A DNA stretch of 63,628 bases, the filler included, from Reclinomonas americana ATCC 50394 (taxonomy: Eukaryota): assembly GCA_048213135.1 (NCBI GenBank). It is 7 parts of 3 records of this genome, joined end to end, with 100 filler letters (N's around TTAATTAATTAA, not from the genome) between each part and the next. Parts side by side here need not be neighbours in the genome. Positions count along the whole stretch, not along the records: positions 1 to 22,731 come from PS015366.1; 6 more parts are not named here. One strand, 5' to 3'. This document shows, in pieces, positions 1 to 12,967 of this stretch. A program made the position numbers and the translations under genes. The notes beneath the pieces were generated by a model, which saw nothing but the letters and a program-made list of their open reading frames with translations, was not told the DNA's origin and made no database searches. The stretch's first letter is position 1. Each line of letters begins with the position of its first letter.

Positions 1-60
1 CCCCCCTCCCCCCTTCCCCCTTCTCCCCCCTTCTCTCCCCCCTTCTCTCCCCACCCCACA

Positions 61-3000
61 GGCCCCGTTCTCGCCGGTCCCGCCTTTGATCGACCGCGTC
101 CACCCCCAGCCGGCAGCTCGCTGGCCATGAAGCTGCAAATCATGTCGATTCGCGTATTCATCCTGTACAGTCCAATGGTGACGACGCGCGATGTGTGGTT
201 TGCGCTGGCACATGGTGAGAAGCGGGGCGGGTGGGGAAGTGGAGAGGTGTGGACATTGGTAGAAGTGACTGACCGTGGCGGCGCAGACACGGATCCGTCG
301 GCACACCGACCAAACGGTCGTCTGGAGCCCTCGCTGGTCACCTCGATTGACGAGGACCACTTGGTGGTGGCGGCACGCAATCTCATTCTCCAGTTCGAAT
401 CCGGCAGCCAGGAGTCGCAGACGCCGATGCGCCTCGACATTTCATGTAGTGGCTTCGATTTGGTGGAGCGCCTGTTTGAGGGCTACGAAGTTCGCTTCCG
501 GCGGCATCACGCATACGGCCACCCCAAGCTGTCGGTGCACGACATTATGTCGTCGTTTGCCGGTCCCATGCATCGTGAGGCCGCACCAGGGTCGGGACGA
601 AGGTGTGTATGCACCATTGGCGTCATATTTTTGTTCTATTTTTTCTTCTCTAAAACATGGTGTCCCCTCTGCAGAGAGATCTATGCGCGACGAATTCTCG
701 AGTTCACCGCCCAGTCGCCGTTTGCGTCTGGTGGCGCTGGTCCATCGCGACCGCAGCAGGAGGCCTTGCGCGTGCAAGTGCAGGAGGTGTATCCGGAGGA
801 GCACGAACGAGATCGTCGTGACGGTGAGTTTCTAGAGAGAAGGGTGTTCTGTTGGTACACCATCGCTCACCGCCGCCCGTCTCTGTCCGCAGTGGCCGAC
901 ACGCACGTGGTCATCTCCACGCAGCCGCTTCGCTTCACGTGGGACCTGATGTTCACGCAGCGGCTGGCCGACTTCTTCTCCTGTATCGATCGCAGCAAGG
1001 CCGACCTGCTCAGCAAGGTGGGAGTGGTGCCGGTCGACGCCGAGGGCTTCCCGGATGACTCGCCCACTGATTTTCTGGAACACACCGAGTCATCTGACGG
1101 CTCAAGTAGTGTGCCATCGGGCATGTTTCGTGCTGTCTCGCGTTTTCATTTCCTCTCAGTGTGTGCTAGAGTGCTAACACGGTGTGGTGTGCAGACGACC
1201 ACTGTCGAATCTCGCTCGCGACATTGGCGCACACGAATCCATGTTGGCGCAGAAGAGAGCAGCAGTTTCGTCGCGTCTGCCGGCTTACACACCCACTCAG
1301 CACGCCTTCTCACACACACCTGATCCATGTGCAGCAAAAGGCCGCCCGCCTCTACTTCCGTGTGGAGTGTCCCACACTCCACTTGTGCATTCAGTTCCCC
1401 GAGGTTGTCGACGATCGCATCCCCATAAGCACACGCTTGCGGTCAGACGAGCTGGTGGCAGTCGGTCACCAGGTGGCGTTTTCGTTTGACACCTCGGGTC
1501 GGCAGCACTCGTCACGCGTGTTTCGCACCGTGTTTGGCTCGCTGGTGGTGGAGCTCGGTGGTGCGTCGTGCGATGGGTGTCTATCTCTTTGCAGATTCTC
1601 GTATTTCTCACATGCCCTGCCGCACGTGCAGCTGAGGGATCGCGTCGTCGCATTGCCGAGGCGGTGATGGTGCCGAGCGGTTCATCATTCAGTGGACCAG
1701 CCATGCCCACGCTGGACATTGTGATGCGCCCGTCGGCCACTGTGCGCGCACAGCACATGATGGCATCATGTTGCGTCTCGAGTTGATTGCCTCTCTCTGT
1801 TGCGCGATGAGACCACCACTGACATGCGCGTGTCGCACAGCAATTGTGGACCCGAGTCAGATGGCCGTGCGGCGCGATGAGGATGTCGCGTACACAGCAA
1901 CGCCGGAACCATCTGCAGTGCGTAGAAAATGAGCGTCCATTTCACGTGCGTGCGAACTCACTTTGCACGCATCGCAGGTGATGATCACCGGCATGAAGGA
2001 GGATCGGGGCAACCGGCACGAGGACCCCGAAGTGGAGGAGCACGACGAGGAGAGACGACGGGATGCGCTCTTTCGTGCTGCGGTCTGTGTCATTGTGCGC
2101 TTGCGTTCATGTCACCTCCACGCATCTCACACGCAATGGCACCACAGGAGACGGCCGTGCGTCTGGACCTGCCAATGGTGACTCTGGATGCCGACCACCG
2201 CGACTTTGGTCTGTTCCAGGAGCTGCTGGATCTGGTGACGTTCTTCGGCACCGAGCCGTTCTCGGAGCCCAAGGTGTTTGGCTCTGTCGACACCGCCTTC
2301 TCCGTGTTCCACAGCCGCGCAGCACCACCAGAAGTCGATCCGAATCTCAAGCCCAGTGTGTCGGTGGTGTTCGATGTCGGTCGCTGTGTGGTGCGCCTGC
2401 GCGAGGACGGCGCTCTGAACGATCCGGTGGCCTTGGCTCATGTTATTGTGACCTCGGTGACGGACTCGTTGCTGGCGCCGGCCGACGACGCCTCTTCGCC
2501 GACTGCGCCGACGCTGCTGGATCAGATGACGGAGGAGGCGCGTGTGATGAAGCGCGCCCGCATATTTGAGATCGAGGGCAACATGCTCGTGCTAGCCATC
2601 AATGTGTGGACTCCGGGATCGGAGCTGGCACAGAGCGGCGCCATTGAGGCACGCCAGCTGACCACCACCGTGGAGACGGCGATTCGTGTCACCGACGTCA
2701 AGCTGACGGACCGGCTCATTGATGGGCGCTCGTTCCCCGTTTTGCAGTCGTTGTCGGCGTTGAATGATGTTGCGTGATTGCGATGCATTGTTGTTTTGTT
2801 GTGTGCAGTTTCTCATTTGTATCGCTCAGCCGATTCGCCGAGCATGTCGTGCCGTCATTGGCAGTGTGGTGGTCCGCCGCAACAACCTTCTCAAGCTGCT
2901 GGACACCAGTATCCGCTTCTCGTTTGAGTCGCTGTTGATGTCACATTTTGTGGCCCCGGAGGACTGCAACTGGCTGCTCCGCCTCATCGACTACTTGGAC

Positions 3001-6000
3001 TGGACGCTGCCAAAGACGCCGGTGAACGTGTTTACGCCAATGTTCCACATGTTGCGTGGCGCGTGATCGCTGCCTTTTTTGTTCGTGCCTTCTCTCCCTC
3101 CTCACCTTGTGCCTGCCTGCACAGCGATTCATCTCGTGCTCTGGACAGCAGTGACGCGCGCTCCATGTCGGAGCAGACGATGCAAAAGTTTAACCAGCTG
3201 TCGCTCGACTTTTCCAATTGCGCCATCGAGTACACTCCCGAGAGAATATACAAGCGAGCGGTGATCACCATTGAGCGCTTCCGCTTCTCGACGCAATTCT
3301 CCGCCAATGCCGAGTCACTGGCGTTCCGCTTCCGGTTTGAGGATGCCACGCTCCACCTGCTGCGCTTGTTTGGCGATCAGTTTCGTTTTTTTCCTCTCTC
3401 CTATCATTTATCATGGTGTTGGCGACTCATTGTGCGATGAACCAAGCAGACGACGCCCACCGTATGCGTCCTCGAGTGACATGGGCTCCTCGTCCGGACT
3501 CGGCAGTGTGTACGAGCGCTTCCGCACGAGCCTCGCGCAGCTACTTCGACACGCGCGACCACAGCAGGCAGACGCGCTCGTGTTCCGCCGGCTCATTGAG
3601 GTGCGCATGCCTTGCTTGCATGTGTGTGCGTTTCGTTGCGCTGAGAACCCACTCCCTTGTGCGATGCAGAACCTGGGCTTCGTGCAAGTGGCGTCACTTG
3701 ACAACTTTGACATTACGCTGAGTCGGAATCGCGGAGTGGCCGCCGAGACTCGCATTCCTCTTGTGGTTGCGTCGCATCAGAGCCTGCATATCACTGGCGA
3801 GGTGACTCACATGTACTGCTGACAGGTCGAGTGCGCCAACTCGATGGTGCGGCTCGGCGTGTGTGCCGACTCGTTCGAGGGCCTGCTCAGTTGCATCACC
3901 CACTGGTGGACGATGCGCGACCTGTTCCCCGAGGATGCTGGTGAAATTGTGGCCCCGCCCCCACCGGCGGTCGCCAGTGCAGCGGCGGCGGTGGCGGCAG
4001 CAGCCGGTGGCAACGGCAGTCCGTCGTCACGTCCGCGAAGATCCACGGTCAAGGATCGATCGACAGCCGACGTCAAGGTCATGGCCGTGCCGGACACGGA
4101 CGTGGAGGCTGCTGTGCGGGCAGCCATGGCCACACGCTTACCAGGAATGGCTCGTGGTCGCGGTCCTGTGCTCGACGATGATGTGGCGGCGTCGGAGGCG
4201 CGTCTCAGCCGCAATGCGTTTATTCGCGACGACCACTTCCCGCCATCAGCTCCCAACAGTGCGCGTGAGCCGACCTCGGCACGGAGAGCGAACCAGTACA
4301 CACCGCGTGCAGGGCACTTGAATGGTAAGACAACCTCTCAATTCTGTGCCTCTCGCTCGACGCACTCAATCAATGGGCTTGCACAGTGGCCGACTTTGAT
4401 ACTCTGGAGCCGCAAGTGGGCATGTCGAGCACGATTCTGGATCTGGAGGACGGCCCACTCGTGTACATGGACCGCCTCGGTTTCCCCGATTCGGAGGAGG
4501 ATGAGGGGGCGGAGAGAGGAGATGATGAGGATGAGGAGGAGGAACAGGATGAGGAGGATGAGGAAGGGGAGGAGGAGGAGGACGAGGAGGAGGAGGAAGA
4601 TGAGGGCGTGCGGGTTAGAGGCACTCTCAGCGAACTGGAGGCCAGTGAGGACCAGTTCGAGGGTGCGTCGTGTGCTCTTTTTTCACGCCGTGCACAGGTC
4701 GAATCTCATAATAATCAACGTTGATGATGCCTCAATAGATGCCGAGGAGGGCGAAGTGGCGAGTCTGGGATCCGCGGCCTCGAGCCGCAGTCGACGATCG
4801 ATGCAGTCGCGTGGTTCTCGGTTCGTGTCCTTGTCCATGCATGTCGATACTGTGTGCATCACTCTCACACGCTGTGCTGATTCAGGCAATCCGCGCACGT
4901 ACCGGCACTGCCACCCATGTCGCGCGCACCGAGTCGTGTGGTGGCGGCCACGGAGAGCCCGGTGCCGCCACTGGTGCCAGCGTCGCGGCCGGCTCCCTCG
5001 ATCACATGGGCGGCTCCAGCCAGTCAGCGACAGACCTCGGCGCGCGGTCCCGCTGGCGCGGCGGGCCCGAGTCCGCTTGGGCGACGAGCCCATCCGATGT
5101 CGCTGTACGGCGGCAACGGCACAGGCGATCGCATGGTGGTGTCGATCAGGCAGGAGAATCCGGTGATTGCGCGCAATGAGGCCGCACTGGCCAGTCTCCG
5201 CGTGCAGCCCGTCTACTTCCAACGGCCAGATCCCAACTCCACCGATGAGGAGTTTGAGCTGCCGATGGGGTACGTCACGACACGGAAATGTGTCCTCCTT
5301 CGTCTGCTTGCTGACTCATTGCCTGTCGCGCTGCAGATACCCAAAGCCGGAGTTTGGCCTGCTGTTCCGCGGCGTGTCACTGAGCCTGACGTTGTACAGC
5401 GGATCGGATTTCGATCGCACGGCCGAGGAGACGCTGCTGGTTGCCTCGCTGGTGAAGCAGCGTCGTGTGGCAAGGTAAGCGGGGTGGCGAAGGAAAATGG
5501 GGAGTAGCGCCTTTTTGCTGACCAACACTCGATGACAGGCGTCGCATGCAAGCCGGTCAGCGTCCTGCGCCGACGGCGGCGGCTGGTGGCGCTGCCGACG
5601 CGTCCGCAGCAGCAGGAGCAGCTGCAGCTGGCTCTGGTTCTGGCGCTGGTGGTGGTGGTGGTGGTGGCGGAGCGGCTGCCACTGGCACCTCGCCCCCCAA
5701 CGGCAACGGCATGGCGGCGCAGCAGCAGCAGCAGTCGGTGTCGCGCTCACATACCAACTGTCTTGAGCTGCTGCTGGTCGACAATCGCATCTCGCTGTAC
5801 ATTTTCCCGCCCGCCAGCTCACGGCAGCTGCGCGTGGTGGCCGCCGTGCGCGAGTTTGAGGTGCTTTTATTTTGGTGTGTCGCTCTTCTCGCTGGGGTGT
5901 GACTACTAACGTGCGTTGCAGGTGATTGACCGAGTGGCGCTGTCGGAGAGCAACAAGTTGCTGTGTCTGTGGCGCACCTCGCGGCACGCCAAGTCGCACC

Positions 6001-7575
6001 GCCACATGATCCAGTTGGCGCTGGATTTGGTGCGACCGATGCCCACCATTGCCGACGAGGAGATTCAGTTTAGGGTATGTGTTCACTTCGTGTGATGATG
6101 GTCTTGCGTACCTTGCATGTTGAGTGTTTGTGGTGCAGATTCGCGAGATTGCACCGCTGCGTGTCAACGTGGATCAGGACACCCTGGATTTCGGATTGCG
6201 CTTTGTCACCGATATGCTGGATACTACAGGCGAGCGCACAGCGCGTCGTTGCGTGTTCCTCTCGAGACAGCACAATGTTGCTTGTAGTCTGCAGCACTCA
6301 CTCGTTCTCCATTGAACAGTGGCTGAGGCAGCGGATCGCGCCAGTCGGTCGAGCGAGGCGCACCATTACTTGGAGTTTGAGCGGCAGATGCAGGAGAGCA
6401 GTGCGGAGACCATTGCGGCGCTCGACAATCTGGGTCCTCATATCCGTTGCGTGCTGTGCCTGCTCTCATGTGTTTTTCTCGTGCTTGCGACTGACTCGAT
6501 ATATATATATGGCTGCGTGCAGAAATCTTCGAGATGCCCGACATTTGGGTGCGTGTCGACTACCGACCGAAGCGCGTCAATTACCCCGGCCTGTTGCGTG
6601 AGGGACAGTACTTTGAGCTGATGAATTTCATCCCGCTGGCCGGTGTGGAGTTGAAGTTGAAGCGCTCCGCCCTGCTCGGCGTCGACGGGTGGGGCTCGCT
6701 GGGCGCCGAACTGTCGTCGCGCTGGGTCTCCGATATTTGGCGTCACCAGTGGAGCAACTGTTTGTCTGGCCTGCCTGCCGTGGGTTCACTCATGCGTGTC
6801 ACCGAGGGTGCCGCCGACTTGCTGGTGGTCCCCGTGCAGCAGTACCGCAAGGACCGGCGATTGTGGCATGGTGAGTGTCTCTCTCTGACGCGCGCACACA
6901 CAGTCCTTTCCTGGATACTCACTCGTGAGCCTTTGTTTCAGGTCTGCGCAAGGGCGCCACGTCGTTCCTGGCCAAGGTCACCGCCGAGGCCAGCGATGTG
7001 ACGGCGCAGGTGGCTGGTGGTGTGGGCAGTCTGCTCAAGTTCGCCGATCGCAAGATCTCTGGCGCTTCGTCGTCCACCACCACCACCACGACAACAGCCG
7101 CCTCTGGATCCGGTGCAGCTGGTACGGCGGCGGCAACGACGGCGACGGCCGCGGCTGGTGGAAGTGGTGCTGCGCCGGAGATGCGGCAGCCGCGAGGTGC
7201 CATGGAGGGTCTGGAGCAAGGCCTGTCGAGCATCACGCGTGGCTTCCGCGACGGTGTCAAGACGATTGTGGCGGTGCCGTTTGAGGAGTACCAGCGCGAT
7301 GGTGCCACGGTGAGCGTCGTCGCGGTTGTGAAGAGATGTGTGTGTGTGTACTTGCGCTCATGCCTTCAATCTGTGTGCAGGGTGCTCTAAAGTCGGTGAT
7401 TCGCGCCGTGCCAGTGGCGGTGCTGAAGCCGCTGATTGGTGTGACGTCGGGCGTGGGGCGCATGATGATGGGAGTGCGCAATGCGGTGGACCCGTCGCGA
7501 ATGGTCGACAATGAGGATGTGTATCGTGAGGCGTCGGGGTCGTCTTCACGCTCACGTCAGTCGCGGAGACGATAA
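61..7575 (+). CDS. ATG2: Autophagy-related protein 2 (ATG2/VPS13-like lipid transfer protein), 5'-partial, about 25 introns in window
   Basis: Spliced C-terminus: IREIAPLRVNVDQDTLDF...MPDIWVRVDYRPKRVNYPGLLREGQYFELMNFIPLAGVELKLK...GAADLLVVPVQQYRKDRRLWHGLRKGATSF...QPRGAMEGLEQGLSSITRG...IRAVPVAVLKPLIGVTSGVGRMMMGVRNAVDP, matching ATG2 CAD/ATG_C motifs. Exons join in frame across GT-AG introns; stop TAA at 7573-7575. Confidence 0.93.
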
Positions 7576-7690
7576 TGATGTTTTGTGAAAAGAGAGTGTG
7601 TGTTTCAATAATGAAGAACAATGCTAGCACCTGTTTACGTGTGGAGGATTTGCTGCGGGGGGGTGTTTTCACTACAGGCGGACGACGAGC

Positions 7691-10600
7691 TCAGAAGAGG
7701 GGCTGGTGGAAGAACTCGATCAGCGACTGCAGCGAGTACGTCGTCAGCAGCTGGCGCAGCGCAGTCACGCGGTGCTGCGCGCTCTTGCCCTTCAGCTTCC
7801 ACTTGTCAATGTACAGGCTCACGATGATGCCGTGCAGGAATTCGAGTCGCTTCGGTTGCACCTCGAACTCGCGCTCAATGTCGGCGGCGCGAAGCAGGAC
7901 CTGGGAAGCGGAAAGGGATAAGGGGAAGCATAAGGGAAAGGGAGAAGGAAGGGAAGGAGGCGGGGAAGGAGGAGGAGGGGAAGGAGGAGGGGAAGGCAAA
8001 GAGAAGGGAGAGAGCAGCAGCGTTGGAAGAGTGAATGGGGAGGGAAGGGGAAGGAGGAAAGGTGAGGGAAAGGGAGAGGGAGAGAAACGGGGAACAGGGT
8101 CCGAGCGGAAACGAAAGAATAAAATGACAGACAGCGAGGAGAGAAGGGAAGCAGGCAACAGTAATGAGAAAAAGGCAGATAGCAAGCGAGTGCGCGTGTG
8201 TGTGAGAGACAGAGAGAAAGTGATAAGTAAGAGTGAGACGAGGAGGAGGGCCGGAGCGGACAGGAAGAAATGGTAGGAAGGGAAACGAGAGAGATAGAGA
8301 TACAAAAAGTGTGACGTGAACGCGTATGGGGGCGAAAAAGTACAGGGTCTGAGTCGAAACGACAAGTAGAGAAAATGAGAAAGGCATACAACGAGCGAGA
8401 GAGGGAGATAATGACCTAGAAGGATCGAGAGAATGAAATGGAGCATGAGGAGCTGAAGGGGAGAGAAAGAGACAGCCAGGAAGCCCTTGCAAACATCCTC
8501 TGACACGTTGACAGCACGACACTCACCTCCTGCAACGAGGGAGCGAGGAAGGCGAGCTCGCCCTCTTGCATCGACAACTCCTTCAGGCCGTCAATCAACT
8601 TGACTTGTGTCGCCAGCGACGTCTGCGCGGCCGTGCAATGAGGGACAGAGGATGCAAACAGAAGCGGAGAGAGCTGATCAAACACACACCTGGTAGGCGA
8701 CCTTCGGGTCCAGCAGCGTGAGCACATTGTCAATGGTCTCCTCGCGCAGCTCGACATTGGTGGTATCCACTCGGATCTTCTTGGCCGTGGCCTCGCGAGT
8801 GACCACGTCCTTGATGGTGGCCAGCGTCGACACCGAGTCCGACAGGAACATGGCGTCACCGCTGCGGTAGTTTTTGTGAGCAAAACAACCACCACCACAA
8901 CGATTGTCTGTGGAGATCTCCTCACCGACGGTACCGGCACACCAACACCGTGCCGACAAAGGTCGACATGTAGGCGAACTCGGCCTCCTCACCCTGGATC
9001 AACTCGGGAGTCTCCGGTAGGCACATGCACACCCACGAGTGGATCTCGTTGAATGAGAAGGTGCCGGCAATGTGCAGCTCATTCACCGGCCGATCAATGG
9101 CCATCTCGTACATGCGCGTGTGCAGCGAGAGCGGCTTGACGGGGAATTGCACCAGCTGGCACGTCTTCGGCGTCAGCTTCGGAATCACAAACGCCTGCAG
9201 CAGGCCGGTGGTGCCCTCGACGGTGCGAATGCGCATCTCCAGGCGGTTGGTTGAGTCGGGGCAGCGGTAGGTGGCCAGCAGGCGGCTGTCGTCCTGCGAG
9301 CGATAAGGGAGCAGGAAAGTGGGAGAAGGGAAAGGGAGGGAAGAGGGGGAAGAGAGGGGGAAGAGAATGGGGGGAAGAGAAAGGGGAAGGAGAAGGGGGG
9401 AAGAGCAGAGGGGAAGAGCAAGGGGGAGGAGAAGAGGGAGAAGCAGAGGGAAGAGAAGGGGAAGGAGATGGGGCAAGAGATGGGGGAAGAGAAGGGGGAA
9501 GAGAAGGGGGAAGAGATGGGCTGCTGTACCGTACATCCGCCTTGGCCGTACAGCAGCTCATGCGTGTCACCGAGGTGCCGCCGACTTGCCTGGTAGGTCC
9601 CCGTGCAGCAGTACCGCAAGGNNNNNNNNNNNNNNNNNNNNNNNNNNNNNNNNNNNNNNNNNNNNNNNNNNNNNNNNNNNNNNNNNNNNNNNNNNNNNNN
9701 NNNNNNNNNNNNNNNNNNNNNNNNNNNNNNNNNNNNNNNNNNNNNNNNNNNNNNNNNNNNNNNNNNNNNNNNNNNNNNNNNNNNNNNNNNNNNNNNNNNN
9801 NNNNNNNNNNNNNNNNNNNNNNNNNNNNNNNNNNNNNNNNNNNNNNNNNNNNNNNNNNNNNNNNNNNNNNNNNNNNNNNNNNNNNNNNNNNNNNNNNNNN
9901 NNNNNNNNNNNNNNNNNNNNNNNNNNNNNNNNNNNNNNNNNNNNNNNNNNNNNNNNNNNNNNNNNNNNNNNNNNNNNNNNNNNNNNNNNNNNNNNNNNNN
10001 NNNNNNNNNNNNNNNCGTGTAGACGGAGTAGGAGACGGTAGGAGACGGTAGAGATGGGGAAAGAGAAGGGGAAAGAGAAGGGGAAAGAGAAGGGCAAGAG
10101 AAGGGGAAGAGAGGGGAAGAGAAAAATGATAGGGAGAAGTAGGAGAAGGGAGGCAAAGGGAGGGGAGGGGGAAAGGGAAAGAGAAGTGGTGTGAAGTAGG
10201 AGAATAGAAGGAATGAGAGAGAGAGGGGAGTGATGGAGAGGAGGAGAACAATAAACTGATAATGGAGAATAACAGGAGAAGGAAGAGACAGCACTAGAAT
10301 ACTGCATGCTGGTGCACGAGAAAGAAATTTTGAGAATCACAGTTAAAGTGCGTGTGCGTATGTGTGCGCGACACGCAACTGCTGCTGACTGGCCAGGTGG
10401 TGTCAGGGACGCCACCGACGTGTTGGTGTCGTCCTTGTCGATCAGCTCAATGTCCACGTTGCACTGCAGGGCCACGGTCTCGATAGGAATGTCCATCTCC
10501 ACGGCCACCGTGTAGCTGGCGTCTTCGACATTCAGCGCCATCTTGGTGATGACGCGATGGTCGGTGGCGACGGCGATGCACTCCTCCGACTCGGCCATGT

Positions 10601-12926
10601 ACTGCTTGCGTGCCCTGTCCAGTCGCTGCACCACGCTGTCAATCTCCTTTTGCAACTCCCTGGGAAGGAGCAAAGAGAGCTTGTGAGTGAAAATGAAGAG
10701 AAGGGAGGGAGAGGAAAGGGAGGGAGGGAGAGGAAAGGGAAGGAGGGAGAGGAAAGGGAAGGAGGGAGAGAACAGGGAAGGAGGGAAAGAGAAAGACACA
10801 AGGACAGACAGAAACGAAGATAGAGACAAACAGAATGTCAGCAGAAAGAATATGTGCAGAGAATGGCAAGCAGGCAACAAGCTTGCACCACACGCGCGCA
10901 CAGAGAGAACAGGTGAGCGTACATGCGTGCGTGAATGCGAGAGAGCTGGAGAGAGCAGCCGCACACGAGTGACAGATGGTGATCTCCTTCTGCGCAACTC
11001 CATCATCTTCAGCGTCGCGTTGGCGTTCTTCTTCCCACTGGTGCTGTAAATCTCATCGTCCGGTGCACCCGAGAACGCGACGACCTTGCCGCTGTACGTC
11101 GACAGCACCAGATCGTTCATGTCACCGCTCTGCACGATGCGTCCGAAACCCACACTGGTGACGCTCTCGTTCAGCTGCTTCTCGAACACCAGGCTCGGCT
11201 CGAACACGGAGACGTCAAAGGAATACACCTCCAGTGATCTGTGCGTGGAAACATCAGCAACGCAAGCGATCCATGAACACATGCGAAGCACAATTCCCCC
11301 CACGCAACCCGTTGTCACGGCCGATGATGAGATCGCGGACGCCATCTGCCGTAATGTCGGCGTGTGCCATGGCGGCGACGCCGCCGCGCTGCATTAGGGA
11401 GGGAGAGTGAGCGATGCCATGAAAGAATACGTAAAGTGCGAGTGACGGCAACAAGGAAAAGAGATATGCGAAAGAACAACAAACAAACCAAGATGGAGTG
11501 GGAGAGGCCAAGAGAGACGTGAATAGAAGAGAGACAAGCTGGATGAAAGAACAACGGAAGGGCAGGGGAGAGAGAGAACGCAACAAAGAAGGTGGGGAGA
11601 TGAGAAGGAGAGAGAATAAAACATGAACACGCAGACAATGCAAACGAACAACAAGGCACTGGAACAAGGAGAGCGAGTGCTGATGGCATGAAGAAAACGA
11701 CATGGAAAAGCAACAAGCAAAGCAAGATGGAGAGGGACAAGCCGAACGAAGAACAAGGGAAGCAGAGGAGAGAGAGAGAGGGCAAGAAGGAACGAGGGGG
11801 GAGATGACAAAGAAGGAGAGACAGAATATGACATGGACACGCGGACATGGTACAGAAAGAACAAGGAGAGTGAGAGAGTGACATACAGAAAGACAGAGAT
11901 ACAAGAATGAGGAGCAATGATGGATGGAGAGAAGGATGAGAAAGGAAGCGGAGAAGAGGAGAGAGAGAGAGACAGTCTCGCTNNNNNNNNNNNNNNNNNN
12001 NNNNNNNNNNNNNNNNNNNNNNNNNNNNNNNNNNNNNNNNNNNNNNNNNNNNNNNNNNNNNNNNNNNNNNNNNNNNNNNNNNNNNNNNNNNNNNNNNNNN
12101 NNNNNNNNNNNNNNNNNNNNNNNNNNNNNNNNNNNNNNNNNNNNNNNNNNNNNNNNNNNNNNNNNNNNNNNNNNNNNNNNNNNNNNNNNNNNNNNNNNNN
12201 NNNNNNNNNNNNNNNNNNNNNNNNNNNNNNNNNNNNNNNNNNNNNNNNNNNNNNNNNNNNNNNNNNNNNNNNNNNNNNNNNNNNNNNNNNNNNNNNNNNN
12301 NNNNNNNNNNNNNNNNNNNNNNNNNNNNNNNNNNNNNNNNNNNNNNNNNNNNNNNNNNNNNNNNNNNNNNNNNNNNNNNNNNNNNNNNNNNNNNNNNNNN
12401 NNNNNNNNNNNNNNNNNNNNNNNNNNNNNNNNNNNNNNNNNNNNNNNNNNNNNNNNNNNNNNNNNNNNNNNNNNNNNNNNNNNNNNNNNNNNNNNNNNNN
12501 NNNNNNNNNNNNNNNNNNNNNNNNNNNNNNNNNNNNNNNNNNNNNNNNNNNNNNNNNNNNNNNNNNNNNNNNNNNNNNNNNNNNNNNNNNNNNNNNNNNN
12601 NNNNNNNNNNNNNNNNNNNNNNNNNNNNNNNNNNNNNNNNNNNNNNNNNNNNNNNNNNNNNNNNNNNNNNNNNNNNNNNNNNNNNNNNNNNNNNNNNNNN
12701 NNNNNNNNNNNNNNNNNNNNNNNNNNNNNNNNNNNNNNNNNNNNNNNNNNNNNNNNNNNNNNNNNNNNNNNNNNNNNNNNNNNNNNNNNNNNNNNNNNNN
12801 NNNNNNNNNNNNNNNNNNNNNNNNNNNNNNNNNNNNNNNNNNNNNNNNNNNNNNNNNNNNNNNNNNNNNNNNNNNNNNNNNNNNNNNNNNNNNNNNNNNN
12901 NNNNNNNNNNNNNNNNNNNNNNNNNN

Positions 12927-12967
<41 letters not shown>

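Noticed and set aside
1121..1130. Apparent GC-AG or TT-AG non-canonical introns (e.g. G|GCATGT, G|TTGCGT)
   Set aside because: Frame-consistent splicing is obtained with GT donors of the shifted GTT(G/T)CGT class and normal AG acceptors.
9557..9621. ATG2 exon fragment duplicated into a BBS7 intron
   Set aside because: Directly follows a mate-pair adapter and carries sequencing-type indels; artefact.
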